Positions 40,805 through 50,944 of a stretch of DNA of 64,000 bases are shown piece by piece. Both the position numbers and the translations under genes were made by a program. How positions within the stretch are numbered: the first letter of the stretch is position 1; every line of letters begins with the position of its first letter. The stretch covers positions 25,877 to 89,876 of the forward strand of contig CAOQRA010000002.1 of the NCBI GenBank assembly GCA_948512295.1, given 5' to 3'. The DNA is from an uncultured Eubacteriales bacterium. GTDB lineage: Bacteria > Bacillota > Clostridia > Christensenellales > UBA1242. A model generated the notes under the pieces. The model was not told the DNA's origin. It saw only the letters and a list, made by a program, of their open reading frames with translations, and ran no database searches.

Positions 40805-41419
40805 ATGCCAGCAAACAGCAATGTGAATGTTTCGCAGTTATATGAAACTGGAAACAAGAAATTTTTCGCGGCAAGCAAGAATCCGGATGGTTCGTTTGGT
40901 GATAAGGAATATCACGAAGGACTTATGCAAGTGAGTATTGAATTTAAAAGCGAAACAACGGACATAAGTGCAGATGACAATCCGGCATTTATAAGATTGA
41001 ACTCACCTTTGAGCGGTGAGGGAACTGTGCAATTTGCGGTTCTTCCATTTAATGTTTATAGCAAATTTTTTGATGTCACAACCGATAAAAATGGGGCAGT
41101 TGTGATAAAGAGCGGAGCAAAGTCAAAAGAAGTCGCATTTGGTTTTTACACAAGCGTTGGAGATGGGAGCGAATCCATGTTCACACTTTACAGAGCCGTG
41201 TTCCAGTTGCCCGCACTTTCCAGCGTTTCATTTGATGGAAAGACGATTCGTGATTTGACATTAAATGTGACCGTTTATCCTTACGAGTATATTTCAGAAG
41301 AACTCAAAAAGGAAAATGTGACATACACCATCGTTAACAGCAAAACAAACGAAGACATTTGGGATAAAGTCCAAGACGAAATTTATATTCCAGATTCAAG
41401 CATTGATGAGGGGGAATAA
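40805..41419 (+). CDS. Major tail protein
   Basis: ~200 aa, immediately upstream of the frameshifting chaperone pair. Confidence 0.65.
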   Translation: MPANSNVNVSQLYETGNKKFFAASKNPDGSFGDKEYHEGLMQVSIEFKSETTDISADDNPAFIRLNSPLSGEGTVQFAVLPFNVYSKFFDVTTDKNGAVVIKSGAKSKEVAFGFYTSVGDGSESMFTLYRAVFQLPALSSVSFDGKTIRDLTLNVTVYPYEYISEELKKENVTYTIVNSKTNEDIWDKVQDEIYIPDSSIDEGE

Positions 41420-41420
41420 C

Positions 41421-41861
41421 ATGAAACAATATGGTCTTGTGAAGACAATTAAAGATGGTGAAAACACCATAAAACTGTGTGGGAATGCGATGACTTTCAT
41501 TCTCTACAAATCTTACTTTGGCAGAGATTTGCTGAATGACATCATCACATTTGCAAAGAGAAACACAAGTTCTGAAACCTTGGAAAAACTCAAGCAATTC
41601 GGAATAAAGAGTGTAGATGACATTCACACATTGACAGATGAGCAAACAACAGAGGTCCTTGGAAGTTTGGAGAATTACAAGTTCGACAGCGAATTCGTGC
41701 TGAACTTTATTGCAAGTTTAATTGCAACAGCAGAGTATCCAAACAAGCCGGACATTGCAGAACTTATATGTGCCATTCCGCCACATTTTGTCATTGACCA
41801 AAAAGTGATCGGAGAACTCATGGAATTCCTTTCGCTATTTATAAGTCAAAAAAAAGGCTAA
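41421..41861 (+). CDS. Tail assembly chaperone (gpG-like)
   Basis: Position. The ORF ends at a slippery A-run. Confidence 0.7.
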   Translation: MKQYGLVKTIKDGENTIKLCGNAMTFILYKSYFGRDLLNDIITFAKRNTSSETLEKLKQFGIKSVDDIHTLTDEQTTEVLGSLENYKFDSEFVLNFIASLIATAEYPNKPDIAELICAIPPHFVIDQKVIGELMEFLSLFISQKKG

Positions 41862-42109
41862 GCCTCGGCAAGAATAATACGGCATCGAATGTCGAGGCCG
41901 ATTTCACCACACAAATGTTGTACTGCGCCGTGAAAACCGGGGTGCAAGCAAACATTGCAGACATGGGGCTTAATGTGCTGTATGACCTCATTGAATATTC
42001 AGCCAGCATAGATGCCGTGGCACTCGCAAAGGCAGATGGGAAAAACATTTCCTATTCGAAACCTTTATCAGTTGCAGAGATGACCTTGAAAGGAAAGATG
42101 AGAGGGTAG
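41421..42109 (+). CDS. Tail assembly chaperone frameshift product (gpGT-like)
   Basis: Hand translation of the -1 frame from 41849 (..KKRLSLGKNNTASNVEADFTTQMLYCAV..) joins the 41915 ORF without a stop. Confidence 0.55.
41849..41855 (+). promoter_or_regulatory. -1 programmed ribosomal frameshift site A_AAA_AAA
   Basis: Heptamer lies in the zero frame caa-aaa-aaa-ggc-taa. The -1 frame is open from here to 42109. Confidence 0.6.
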
Positions 42110-42110
42110 C

Positions 42111-42509
42111 ATGTCTTGGAATGATGGAATCAACAAGGAAATGAGCGAATATTTCAACAGCCTAACAGAAAAGACGGAACAAGCGGTGGAAGCAATTAAA
42201 GAGCAGATTGACATTGAAGCGGAAGAGTTCCGCAAGCAACTGGAACAGACTGCACCAAAGGGAGCAACGCTTGGTTTATTAAACAGTCTAAGAAAAACAA
42301 AACTTGTCGTCAGAAGAAAGTGGTATGGTTATTCGGTTGAATTTGAAGGCTACAACAAGAAAGGCGAACCATATCAGAAAATCGCAAACATTCTCAATTA
42401 TGGAACAAGCACAATTCAAGGTACACGATTTATAAGCCGAGCGATTCGCAAACTGAAAGGACTGGATGAAAGAATCGAAAACAGATTTAAAACAAAACTC
42501 AACAAATAA
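42111..42509 (+). CDS. HK97 gp10-like protein in an unusual position
   Basis: ANILNYGTSTIQGTRFISRAIRKL resembles the gp10-family core (GT...PF..A). Lies between the chaperone and the tape measure. Confidence 0.5.
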   Translation: MSWNDGINKEMSEYFNSLTEKTEQAVEAIKEQIDIEAEEFRKQLEQTAPKGATLGLLNSLRKTKLVVRRKWYGYSVEFEGYNKKGEPYQKIANILNYGTSTIQGTRFISRAIRKLKGLDERIENRFKTKLNK

Positions 42510-42524
42510 ATAAAGGGGAAAGAT

Positions 42525-44111
42525 ATGGCAGAGATAGGAAGGTCGCTGGACGAAATTGACAGCAAAGTCAAAAAACTGAACGAATCACTTAGGCAGTCTA
42601 CAGCACAAACAAAAGAACTTGATAAAGCCATAAAACTTGATCCTAAGGCAACAGAAGTCGCAGCTCAGCGAATGAAGAATTTGAGCAGCCAAATAGGCAT
42701 TGCAACACAGAAAGTTGCTTTGCTGAAACAGAAACAACTGGAAGCAACAAAAGCCTTTAATAATGGCGATATGACGGCAAAAGAGTTTAATAAAATACAA
42801 GTTGCTGTTATGAAAGCTGAGAACGAACTCCGCAGTTATAACAAACAACTCAATGATGCAACACAAGCACCAACACTCAGCAAAATCAGCAATCTATCAA
42901 AAGGCTTTGATTCTGTAACAAAATCCTTAAAAAGTTCTCAAAAAGTTTTGAAAGCGTTTTCAAAACTCGCCTTGGGGTTGGTGACGACACTTGCTGGAAC
43001 AATAACAGCATTTGCAAAAACAACTCTTGAAATTGATGAAATGGCAAAGGCATATGAACACAACATTGAAGCAATGCAATTGCAACGGTCATTGTACAAA
43101 GAAATCACCGGTGATGCAGACAACTATAACAAGACACTTGATTCAATGAAAAGTGTGCTGAACAAAATTGCTCTCGGACAAGGAGCAGAGTATGCGAACA
43201 TTCTAAAATACATTGGCGTTTCGACAACGGATGTAAATGGCAAAATGAGAAGTCTGAATGAAGTCTATACAGAAACGATTTCTGCACTTGAACAGATGGA
43301 AGACATCCAACTTCGCAACCAAATTGCCTATGAACTGTTTGGAGAACAGGCGGTTAACATTCTTGAAGTTATGAGTTTGACAAGCGAGCAACTTGAAGAA
43401 TTGAATCAGAAAACCATTGAAAACGGAATAATCACAGAAGAGAATGCAGAATCCGCCAGAGCAATCCAAGAGCAGTGGAACTCAGTAAAACAACAATTCA
43501 TGCAAGTGAGTGTTGTCCTTGCGGAAAGTTTGCTTCCGCTTATTCAATCACTCGCTCAATTTGTCAATGAGTTTGTGTTGCCAATTATAACAGCAATTGC
43601 CAACTGGTTTGCTGGAATGTCGCCAACACAGCAAAAGTTTGTGTTTTTTCTGCTTATGATGATTATCTTACTTCCAAAAATCGTATCAATTGTGACGGTT
43701 ATTGTCGGAGTTATTAAGGCAATCACCATCGCAAGTTATGGGGCAGCTGGCGGCGTAGGAGCGGTGTCGGCAGCCGCAACACCACTTATTCCGGTGATAC
43801 TGGGAGTCGTGGCAGTTGTTCTTACTCTCGCCATTATCTTCGCTTTCCTGTCTGGAAGAAGCAACGAATTGAGTAAAAGTCTTGATGCACAAAAAGGGCA
43901 GATGGAAGGAATAGCAAGTTCATATGACAGCCTAGGCGGAGATTTAGACATAACCAGCAACCAAGTGAGTCAAAACAGCAACAGTTCGACGCAAGACATC
44001 AATGTAAACATAACCAGCGAGGGAGAGAATCCAATAGCTGAAGAGAATGCAGAAATCGTTGCGGACTTACTTGCAGAAAGAATAAACAAGGAACTTGGGG
44101 GTAAGATTTAA
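42525..44111 (+). CDS. Tape measure protein
   Basis: Long coiled coil, internal TM cluster (FVFFLLMMIILLPKIVSIVTVIVGVI...), and position. Confidence 0.85.
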   Translation: MAEIGRSLDEIDSKVKKLNESLRQSTAQTKELDKAIKLDPKATEVAAQRMKNLSSQIGIATQKVALLKQKQLEATKAFNNGDMTAKEFNKIQVAVMKAENELRSYNKQLNDATQAPTLSKISNLSKGFDSVTKSLKSSQKVLKAFSKLALGLVTTLAGTITAFAKTTLEIDEMAKAYEHNIEAMQLQRSLYKEITGDADNYNKTLDSMKSVLNKIALGQGAEYANILKYIGVSTTDVNGKMRSLNEVYTETISALEQMEDIQLRNQIAYELFGEQAVNILEVMSLTSEQLEELNQKTIENGIITEENAESARAIQEQWNSVKQQFMQVSVVLAESLLPLIQSLAQFVNEFVLPIITAIANWFAGMSPTQQKFVFFLLMMIILLPKIVSIVTVIVGVIKAITIASYGAAGGVGAVSAAATPLIPVILGVVAVVLTLAIIFAFLSGRSNELSKSLDAQKGQMEGIASSYDSLGGDLDITSNQVSQNSNSSTQDINVNITSEGENPIAEENAEIVADLLAERINKELGGKI

Positions 44112-45007
44112 TGCGTAAATTTTGGTTGGAAAATTCAAACGGAAAACTTTGGAATTTGACTACAGATGAGTTGGACTACAAGAAAGGAACATTTTTTGCA
44201 AATCCGGACGGACTGGGAATTAAAACAAAAATTTCAAGTTATGAAGTGGAAAACACATTTTTTATAGAGAGCGTGACAACACAATCGCAGACAATAAGCG
44301 GTGATTTATATTTTGTTGACTATGACCATTACCAGAGATTTGTTGCTTTCATAGGAAATGTTAATACAGACACCCCAATGAAACTTTATTATTCGACAAC
44401 TGGCAAATCCTTTGATAACATGCTGAATAAGGAGTGGTACAAGCTCGTGCTTATAACAGAATTGAAGAAAGGCGAAATTGACATCAAAACTTCTGCACTA
44501 AAAGTGCCAGTCAAATTTGAATGCTTGAGCAGATGGAAACAAGACAAAGAAATTGTTCTTGAGTTATCAAGAACCGGAGATCCCTTGGTTTATCCGTATG
44601 TTTACCCATATTTTTATGGTGGGAGCAATAACTTGGCCGTAACCATTGACAACACCGGAAACTTGGCGACAAGTTGTCGTGTAAAGGTGGAAGGGATAAC
44701 TGAATCTCCATTGTTCAGAATTTTGAAAGATGGAGAAGTGAAAGACCAAGCAATGTACCACATAACAATCGGAGCAAATTCATATTTGCTGGTGGATAGT
44801 TCAGCAGACAGACAAGAGGCAACGCTGTATAGCCAAGTGGGTGATGAGTTGGTTCACGAAGATGTTTATTATACCGGTGAGAAGAATTATACCTTCTCAA
44901 ATTTTTTGACGATTCCACCGGGGATAAGCACTTTCATAGTTTCGGCATTAAACAGCAATTTTGGAAAGGTGACACTTTCATATTCAATTCAAAAGGAACT
45001 TATATAA
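44111..45007 (+). CDS. Distal tail protein (Dit-like)
   Basis: Position directly after the tape measure; size. Confidence 0.65.
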   Translation: MRKFWLENSNGKLWNLTTDELDYKKGTFFANPDGLGIKTKISSYEVENTFFIESVTTQSQTISGDLYFVDYDHYQRFVAFIGNVNTDTPMKLYYSTTGKSFDNMLNKEWYKLVLITELKKGEIDIKTSALKVPVKFECLSRWKQDKEIVLELSRTGDPLVYPYVYPYFYGGSNNLAVTIDNTGNLATSCRVKVEGITESPLFRILKDGEVKDQAMYHITIGANSYLLVDSSADRQEATLYSQVGDELVHEDVYYTGEKNYTFSNFLTIPPGISTFIVSALNSNFGKVTLSYSIQKELI

Positions 45008-46081
45008 ATGGTTTACTACAAATTATATGACAGAAACACACTAGAATTCGTGGACGGCGGAACGGTCAAAGATTTCAATATTGACTACGACTACATGACA
45101 AACAACACAAGCACTCTTAATATAACAAAAGCGAGCCAAGGTTTCAAAGGGGATTTGGTTGCGATAAGCGAAGGAATTCAATTGATAGTTCTTGGAGTCG
45201 TGACGGCGATTGATAACACCGACTTGAAAATCAGTTTCAAGCATCCAAAGGAACTATTCAATGACACAGTGCTGAATGTTTTCAAATTCACAAATTTGCT
45301 CAACAAAAAGTTTGATGCAGTCAGCGGTTTGAAGACTATCCTAGAATATGGCTTTATAAATACCAGCGATCCAAAACGCAAACTTCCATTGGTGATAAGA
45401 ACCTTTGGTGAAGACCTAAATGCTGTTTGGACGGACGACAGTAACACTCTGGATGTTGTCGAATTCATTGACTCAATGTTCGACAGGTATAACATCATTG
45501 TGGAGTTTGAAATAGACTTTTTGCACAGTCAAATCATCTGTTCGATAGTAAAAAACGACACAGAAGGCTATGTTTTGAAAGATAACATCAAATTAAGCAA
45601 GCCGGAAGTTGATAACAACGAATTGCCGAAGGAAAATAAAGTCATATTATTCGACAAAAATAACGGAACAGTTCGTGGCACTTTTTATTTGCTTCAGGAC
45701 AACTCAATCACAAGCAATGCAGCTCATGAAAAAAGAATTTTGCCACCGACAACAAAGTATGTCGAGTGGAATGAGATGGATGCAATCAAAGAAGGATATA
45801 CAATGGAAGAACTGGCAAGGGGAGAACTTGGCGGAAACATTTATAACCACTGCATTCAATACAAACTGGCAAAAAAGCAAACAATGGTTCGGCCAACAAA
45901 TTTCAGATATGGAGATAAAATCACAATCATATACGAAGACAGACAATACGATAGCATTTTCACCGGACTGAAATTCAAGTTGAATGATCCATACTACACA
46001 TGCATATTTGGGAAAACAAGAATTGATTTCACAGACCGCATGAAACTATACAACAATAGAAAATTTCAAAAAAAGGAGTAA
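45008..46081 (+). CDS. Tail-associated (Tal-like) baseplate protein
   Basis: Position after Dit. No lytic domain recognised. Confidence 0.6.
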   Translation: MVYYKLYDRNTLEFVDGGTVKDFNIDYDYMTNNTSTLNITKASQGFKGDLVAISEGIQLIVLGVVTAIDNTDLKISFKHPKELFNDTVLNVFKFTNLLNKKFDAVSGLKTILEYGFINTSDPKRKLPLVIRTFGEDLNAVWTDDSNTLDVVEFIDSMFDRYNIIVEFEIDFLHSQIICSIVKNDTEGYVLKDNIKLSKPEVDNNELPKENKVILFDKNNGTVRGTFYLLQDNSITSNAAHEKRILPPTTKYVEWNEMDAIKEGYTMEELARGELGGNIYNHCIQYKLAKKQTMVRPTNFRYGDKITIIYEDRQYDSIFTGLKFKLNDPYYTCIFGKTRIDFTDRMKLYNNRKFQKKE

Positions 46082-46084
46082 ACT

Positions 46085-46795
46085 ATGGCAAGTTATTTGA
46101 AAGGCATTGGCGATGCACTAAATGGTAGCAATGAAATTTTGCCGTCATTTGATGCGAAGATTTACAATTATCTAACACAGAACGAAGCTGGTATTGTGGG
46201 AACAGAGCCAAGCAAATTTCCACTCACAGTCATTGACCGTGGGGTTCAAATTGGGGCTGGAATGGTACACGCAATGGGCTACTTTGGAATGACAGACAGT
46301 CCAACACAACTAAACTTTGTATATCCAACTGGATCGCCACAATACGCAAGAATTTATGCGGAAATAAACTTGTCGGTGACTCCGCATCAATTCAAGATTA
46401 AAAGTACAGCACAAAGTTCGACAACAAATATAGCACTCATTCAAGATGACTTAAAAGTTGCACCAAGCGGAATTCATCAAATTCCGCTTTATTTATTGAC
46501 AATAAATCCAAACAATACGATAACAAGTGTTGATCAAAGGGCTATGTTGTCAGCGCCACAAAGAGCAATGAATGCAGACAATGTGACTGGAACAATTGCT
46601 GGAAGAGCAATAAGCAACATTTTTGAAAGCAACCACTATGTAAAAAATGCAACCACGGCGACAAAAGCACAAACGATAGTTTATACGGAATCTGCACCAA
46701 CAAGCAGTCCACCGGCTGGAACATTGACAATTTATAAAGGCTCATCATTGCCGGGAACTAGATACGATAGGGTGATATACCTAACAACGGTCTAA
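46085..46795 (+). CDS. Hypothetical baseplate/tail protein
   Basis: Position in the tail module. Confidence 0.55.
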   Translation: MASYLKGIGDALNGSNEILPSFDAKIYNYLTQNEAGIVGTEPSKFPLTVIDRGVQIGAGMVHAMGYFGMTDSPTQLNFVYPTGSPQYARIYAEINLSVTPHQFKIKSTAQSSTTNIALIQDDLKVAPSGIHQIPLYLLTINPNNTITSVDQRAMLSAPQRAMNADNVTGTIAGRAISNIFESNHYVKNATTATKAQTIVYTESAPTSSPPAGTLTIYKGSSLPGTRYDRVIYLTTV

Positions 46796-46805
46796 GGAGA
46801 AATAA

Positions 46806-47465
46806 ATGGCAATACATGATGGCAACACGCAAAATAGGCGTGTTTTTTTTGGAACATCTCCAGTGAGAGAAGTCTATGAAGGGAGCAGAAAAATAATAGG
46901 CTTTAACAATATCACACCAGTGACAAGCGATTTTGTCGGTGAGAATGGAGCAGAGATAAAACAAGGGAACGGTTTGATAGTTATATCAATCCCGGAACTT
47001 GGGAAAATTGGTGCAAGTGGAAAAACATTGGAATTCTGCGATGACATGACGATTTGTCCATTTGATGGTGGAATAACCATGAAAGACATGACAGGCGGAG
47101 ATGAAAACTTGACAGTTGCATATCTTGGTGAATCATCTGGGCTTACACAAAAGTACTACTTGAAGATTACCTATAAGGGAAATGAAATTTATAAACAAGA
47201 AAAAAAGGTTTACACGACAACAAGAATCAGAGTTTGGTATGACTTATCAGCGAAGAGATTAAAAGTTCATTTTGACAGTGAGCTTCTGTTTGAGAGTCCA
47301 ATAATACAATGGCGATTGTGGCAAGTAAATTTTGTCTTGAGTTTTTTTTATAGTCCGCCACAAGTTATTGCTGGTAATCCGCCAACCATGATAGATGCGA
47401 TTTTTATAGGTGGGTGGGTTCAAATTTTCAGTATGAATAAGTCAGTCGGCTATCCACGACCGTAG
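46806..47465 (+). CDS. Hypothetical tail protein
   Basis: Position in the tail module. Confidence 0.55.
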   Translation: MAIHDGNTQNRRVFFGTSPVREVYEGSRKIIGFNNITPVTSDFVGENGAEIKQGNGLIVISIPELGKIGASGKTLEFCDDMTICPFDGGITMKDMTGGDENLTVAYLGESSGLTQKYYLKITYKGNEIYKQEKKVYTTTRIRVWYDLSAKRLKVHFDSELLFESPIIQWRLWQVNFVLSFFYSPPQVIAGNPPTMIDAIFIGGWVQIFSMNKSVGYPRP

Positions 47466-47492
47466 ACAATTTAATAATAGGAGAAGAATTGA

Positions 47493-49256
47493 ATGAAAAA
47501 CATAAAATTAACATTATTCAGCAACAAAAAATATGATGCTGAGAATTTAGGTGAAATTCAAATCCTAGAAAGCGAGTGCAATGCAACCACAATTGATGTT
47601 TCATTTCCACAAGAATATGAAGAGTATGCAAAGAGAATAGACTTCATGGATATCAAGGGAGAAAAGTGGTCAACATCGCTTTATGCACCTGAAGATAAAA
47701 CAAATGAATATGGAGAAGACTTTGACAAATTGAACTTCCAGTTCACAATTCCAAATGAAGTCGCTAAAAGAGGCGAGTTGCAAGTGCAAGCGGTTGCATA
47801 CATGGCAGACAATAACATTGTTGTGCCGTTTAGAATTCTGTATTTAACAATTGAGAAATCAATTTTATATGCGAGTCCAAACACAAGAAAAGTGCCGGAC
47901 TTGGTTATTAAATCTTATGAGCATGCGAACAAAGCTCTGGCAATCGCAGAGCAAGCGAATGAAAATTCAGAACATGCTGAGAGTTTAACAAGTCAAGCAG
48001 CTGAGAGTGCATCAAATGCAGAAAAAAGTGCAAAAAATGCACAAAATTCGGCAAATTCATCACAAGAAAGTGCAAAAAATGCAGAACAATCAGCAAGTGA
48101 AGCACAAAGCAGTGCGACAGCCGCACAAAATAGTGCATCAGCATCTGCAAAATCTGCATCAGATTCGGCAGCAAATGCATTGAAAGCCGAGCAATTGGCA
48201 GGCACTGCGAATACAAATTCGACAAATGCCGTCAATACTTCTAACAATGCAAACGCAAAAGCAACAAAAACATTAGAAATTGTCGAAAATTTGACAGTTT
48301 CGAGCGAAGAACTGGACTGTGAAGAACATGTTGCGGTAAATATTGAAACAAATTCGACAAATAAGCATAAAAACATAAAATTTTCAATTCCAGCACCGAA
48401 AAAGGGAACATCATACAGAAATAAAGGTGTTTGGGAAGACAACATTGAGTATGTAAATGATGAATATTTCATCGACACGGTGAGCATTCATGGATGTTGT
48501 TATTTTTGCAAAGTGACACATAAAAATCAGCAACCAGTTCCAAGCGCAGACAGCGAATACTGGGGGATTGTAGCATTAAAAGGAAGCGATGCTGGATTCA
48601 CAATTGTTGATGATTTGAATTCGTCAAATTCAGATTATGTGCTTTCAGCTAACCAAGGAAGAGTGCTAAAAGAATTGATTGCAAGTTCGATTGAAACAGC
48701 AATTGCGAATTTGGTGAATAACTCGCCAGAGAATCTAAACACACTCAGTGAAATCGCAAAAGCAATAAACAATGATCCGAACTTTCATACGACAATAAAA
48801 AACTTAATAAAGGCCAATGCAGATGCAATTACTAAAATAGCTGACGGAACAACAATAGTTGGAAGGAGCTATAGCATTCAACAAGCCGACACAAGAAATG
48901 AAAGTCCATCGCCAAGCGCCTTGATAGATGAGCAACCACGAAAGGTTGTCAGCGAATTAAAATTGAATAGCAAAATTGGGTTATCTGAAACAGGAATTGA
49001 CACATATTCAAATGTTATTTCAATAATTCCTTGGTCGGACAAATCTGCTGGTTATCCAGTTCAAATTGCAACAAATAATAAAGGGGTATATTACCGAATA
49101 GGAAGCAACGATTCCACTTGGGGCTCTTGGGGAAAATTTACTACCAAATCCGAAATGGAATCTAAAATTGCAGATTTACAGACTCAAATCAACAATATGC
49201 TAAACGGAACAACGGTGTTCACACTTATGAAAGCAAAAACAATTGACTTGGTATAG
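47493..49256 (+). CDS. Tail fibre protein
   Basis: A/S/N/Q-rich repeat stalk (AESASNAEKSAKNAQNSANSSQESAKNAEQSASEAQ...) and the common fibre motif NSPENLNTLSEIAKAINNDPNFHTTI. Confidence 0.8.
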   Translation: MKNIKLTLFSNKKYDAENLGEIQILESECNATTIDVSFPQEYEEYAKRIDFMDIKGEKWSTSLYAPEDKTNEYGEDFDKLNFQFTIPNEVAKRGELQVQAVAYMADNNIVVPFRILYLTIEKSILYASPNTRKVPDLVIKSYEHANKALAIAEQANENSEHAESLTSQAAESASNAEKSAKNAQNSANSSQESAKNAEQSASEAQSSATAAQNSASASAKSASDSAANALKAEQLAGTANTNSTNAVNTSNNANAKATKTLEIVENLTVSSEELDCEEHVAVNIETNSTNKHKNIKFSIPAPKKGTSYRNKGVWEDNIEYVNDEYFIDTVSIHGCCYFCKVTHKNQQPVPSADSEYWGIVALKGSDAGFTIVDDLNSSNSDYVLSANQGRVLKELIASSIETAIANLVNNSPENLNTLSEIAKAINNDPNFHTTIKNLIKANADAITKIADGTTIVGRSYSIQQADTRNESPSPSALIDEQPRKVVSELKLNSKIGLSETGIDTYSNVISIIPWSDKSAGYPVQIATNNKGVYYRIGSNDSTWGSWGKFTTKSEMESKIADLQTQINNMLNGTTVFTLMKAKTIDLV

Positions 49257-49265
49257 GAGAAGATT

Positions 49266-49799
49266 ATGGCGATTTTTTTTGATGATAAATACTGCAAAAT
49301 TGCAAGAACAGTAAACAATTTTATTGACCAAACAACCGAGATCGAAATGAATGTCTATAAGTCGAAAGAAACTAGGGAGAGAGAAAAGAAATTGAAAGAT
49401 GCATCCTTGGCTTTCAAAAACAACGCACAGAACTACCTCATAAACAATGTCAAAGCTTTAATTGAAGAAACAAATAAAATCCAAGACATCGAAACGATAA
49501 AGAACAGAAAAGAGTTTTTAGAGCAAAATCCTAAAATTGAAAAATTGACAGAAAGACAAGAGATGATTCAGAGCGAAGGGTTGATGCTTATTGATAGAGT
49601 GCTTAAGGAAGACATAGACATTGAGAACTTAACTTACAAGGATATTTGGCTTCAATTAGGATTAACAAGCGATTTGTGCCACAAAATTGACTTTTTAGGC
49701 ACAATGTCAATAGGACTAGATGGAGTGAGAGAAAACAACCTTTCTCGCCTTTACAACGCAACCAAAGAAAAAATTGTAAGCGATGTAGAAGACTGCTAG
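49266..49799 (+). CDS. Hypothetical protein (tail-fibre-assembly position)
   Basis: Position only. Confidence 0.5.
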   Translation: MAIFFDDKYCKIARTVNNFIDQTTEIEMNVYKSKETREREKKLKDASLAFKNNAQNYLINNVKALIEETNKIQDIETIKNRKEFLEQNPKIEKLTERQEMIQSEGLMLIDRVLKEDIDIENLTYKDIWLQLGLTSDLCHKIDFLGTMSIGLDGVRENNLSRLYNATKEKIVSDVEDC

Positions 49800-49808
49800 G
49801 AGAGTGGT

Positions 49809-50933
49809 ATGGGGCAATTAAAAATAAACGGAGTGGACATTCTCACTTATTTCACACCAGTTCCTTCAAGCGAAACTGGGAAACAGCATGGAGCATTCCC
49901 AAGCAAGATAAAGGGATTGACAACAGAAGTAGATAACGGAACAAAGAAAGTCATAATTGGGTGGGAATTAAAAAATACTGGAAATTACAGCACGAATTCA
50001 AACTATGATTCAGCAAAAGGCAAAATAAAGATAAATGGACAAGTTGCACCAGTGATAATGGATGGAACAAGACCAAGAAACATGTCAGCGAAAGCATCCA
50101 TAACTGGATGCGGAATAACATACTATATAAACAATGTCAATGGTAGCCTTTATTTGTCCACCTCGGCAAACTCTGCAAGTGGAACATTTATAGTGTCGTC
50201 CAAAGCACCAAATAAAGATTGCATTATAAATCTTGCTTTTTGGGGCGCTGGTGGCAAAGGCGGAGAAGGTGCATACTGGTTTTTAGTTGGAAACTGGGGT
50301 GGCCTTGGTGGTGCTGGTGGCGGGAAAGGTTTCGTAACTGTGTGCGTAAAAAATGGCGATTATTTTAGGATAACGACAAATTCTGATGGGGATTACAAAG
50401 GAAGAACAGCATGCAGTAGTGATACGACTTATCTTGCACCCGGAATTAGCATTTACAAATCAGATGGAACACAGTGGGCATGGGCGAACGGTGGATACAG
50501 CGGAACAAGCAACCATCCGAGATGGTCGACTGACAATTATCAAGGTGGTGGAGCAGTTGGTATAAGTGGCAGTGGCAATTTGCCAATAATAGAACGAACA
50601 TCAATTCATGGAGGGCATAAAGCTCAAAATGGCATGAAAGGCAACGGCGTATTTTTTAATGACACTGGTGGGGGCTCTGGAAATCCTGAGGGCAATGTTG
50701 GGAAATTGGTCTTAGGTGGACTAGGCGGAAAAGGCCCAGACACATCCTATACACAAGTACACGGAAGCGGTGGCGGCGGAAGTTATGGAGATGGCGGAGC
50801 AGCTGGCGATACTGGTTCGGGTTCTGGTGGTTCGGCTGGCACGAATGGTGGCGGCGGTGGCGGTGGTGGTTCACCAGCCGGTGGATGTGCTGGTGGAGAT
50901 GGCGGACTGCCCGGCTTTATAATTTTTTATTAA
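49809..50933 (+). CDS. Glycine-rich domain protein (putative receptor-binding/tail tip), paralogue A
   Basis: GAGGKGGEG...GGLGGAGGGKG...GGGGGGGGSPAGGCAGGDGGLPGFIIFY. Same architecture as the 54897 ORF. Confidence 0.65.
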   Translation: MGQLKINGVDILTYFTPVPSSETGKQHGAFPSKIKGLTTEVDNGTKKVIIGWELKNTGNYSTNSNYDSAKGKIKINGQVAPVIMDGTRPRNMSAKASITGCGITYYINNVNGSLYLSTSANSASGTFIVSSKAPNKDCIINLAFWGAGGKGGEGAYWFLVGNWGGLGGAGGGKGFVTVCVKNGDYFRITTNSDGDYKGRTACSSDTTYLAPGISIYKSDGTQWAWANGGYSGTSNHPRWSTDNYQGGGAVGISGSGNLPIIERTSIHGGHKAQNGMKGNGVFFNDTGGGSGNPEGNVGKLVLGGLGGKGPDTSYTQVHGSGGGGSYGDGGAAGDTGSGSGGSAGTNGGGGGGGGSPAGGCAGGDGGLPGFIIFY

Positions 50934-50944
50934 GGAGAGAAAAA

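Noticed and set aside
46841-47351. Two T8 tracts inside the 46806 tail gene, and one in the 49266 gene, as possible phase-variation sites
   Set aside because: The reading frames are intact through all the tracts. Such runs are common in this AT-rich genome, and there is no evidence of switching.
47908-48487. 105-aa and 164-aa minus-strand ORFs in the tail fibre gene
   Set aside because: They are antisense to the repetitive GCA/AAT-rich stalk region. This is a typical shadow-ORF artefact.
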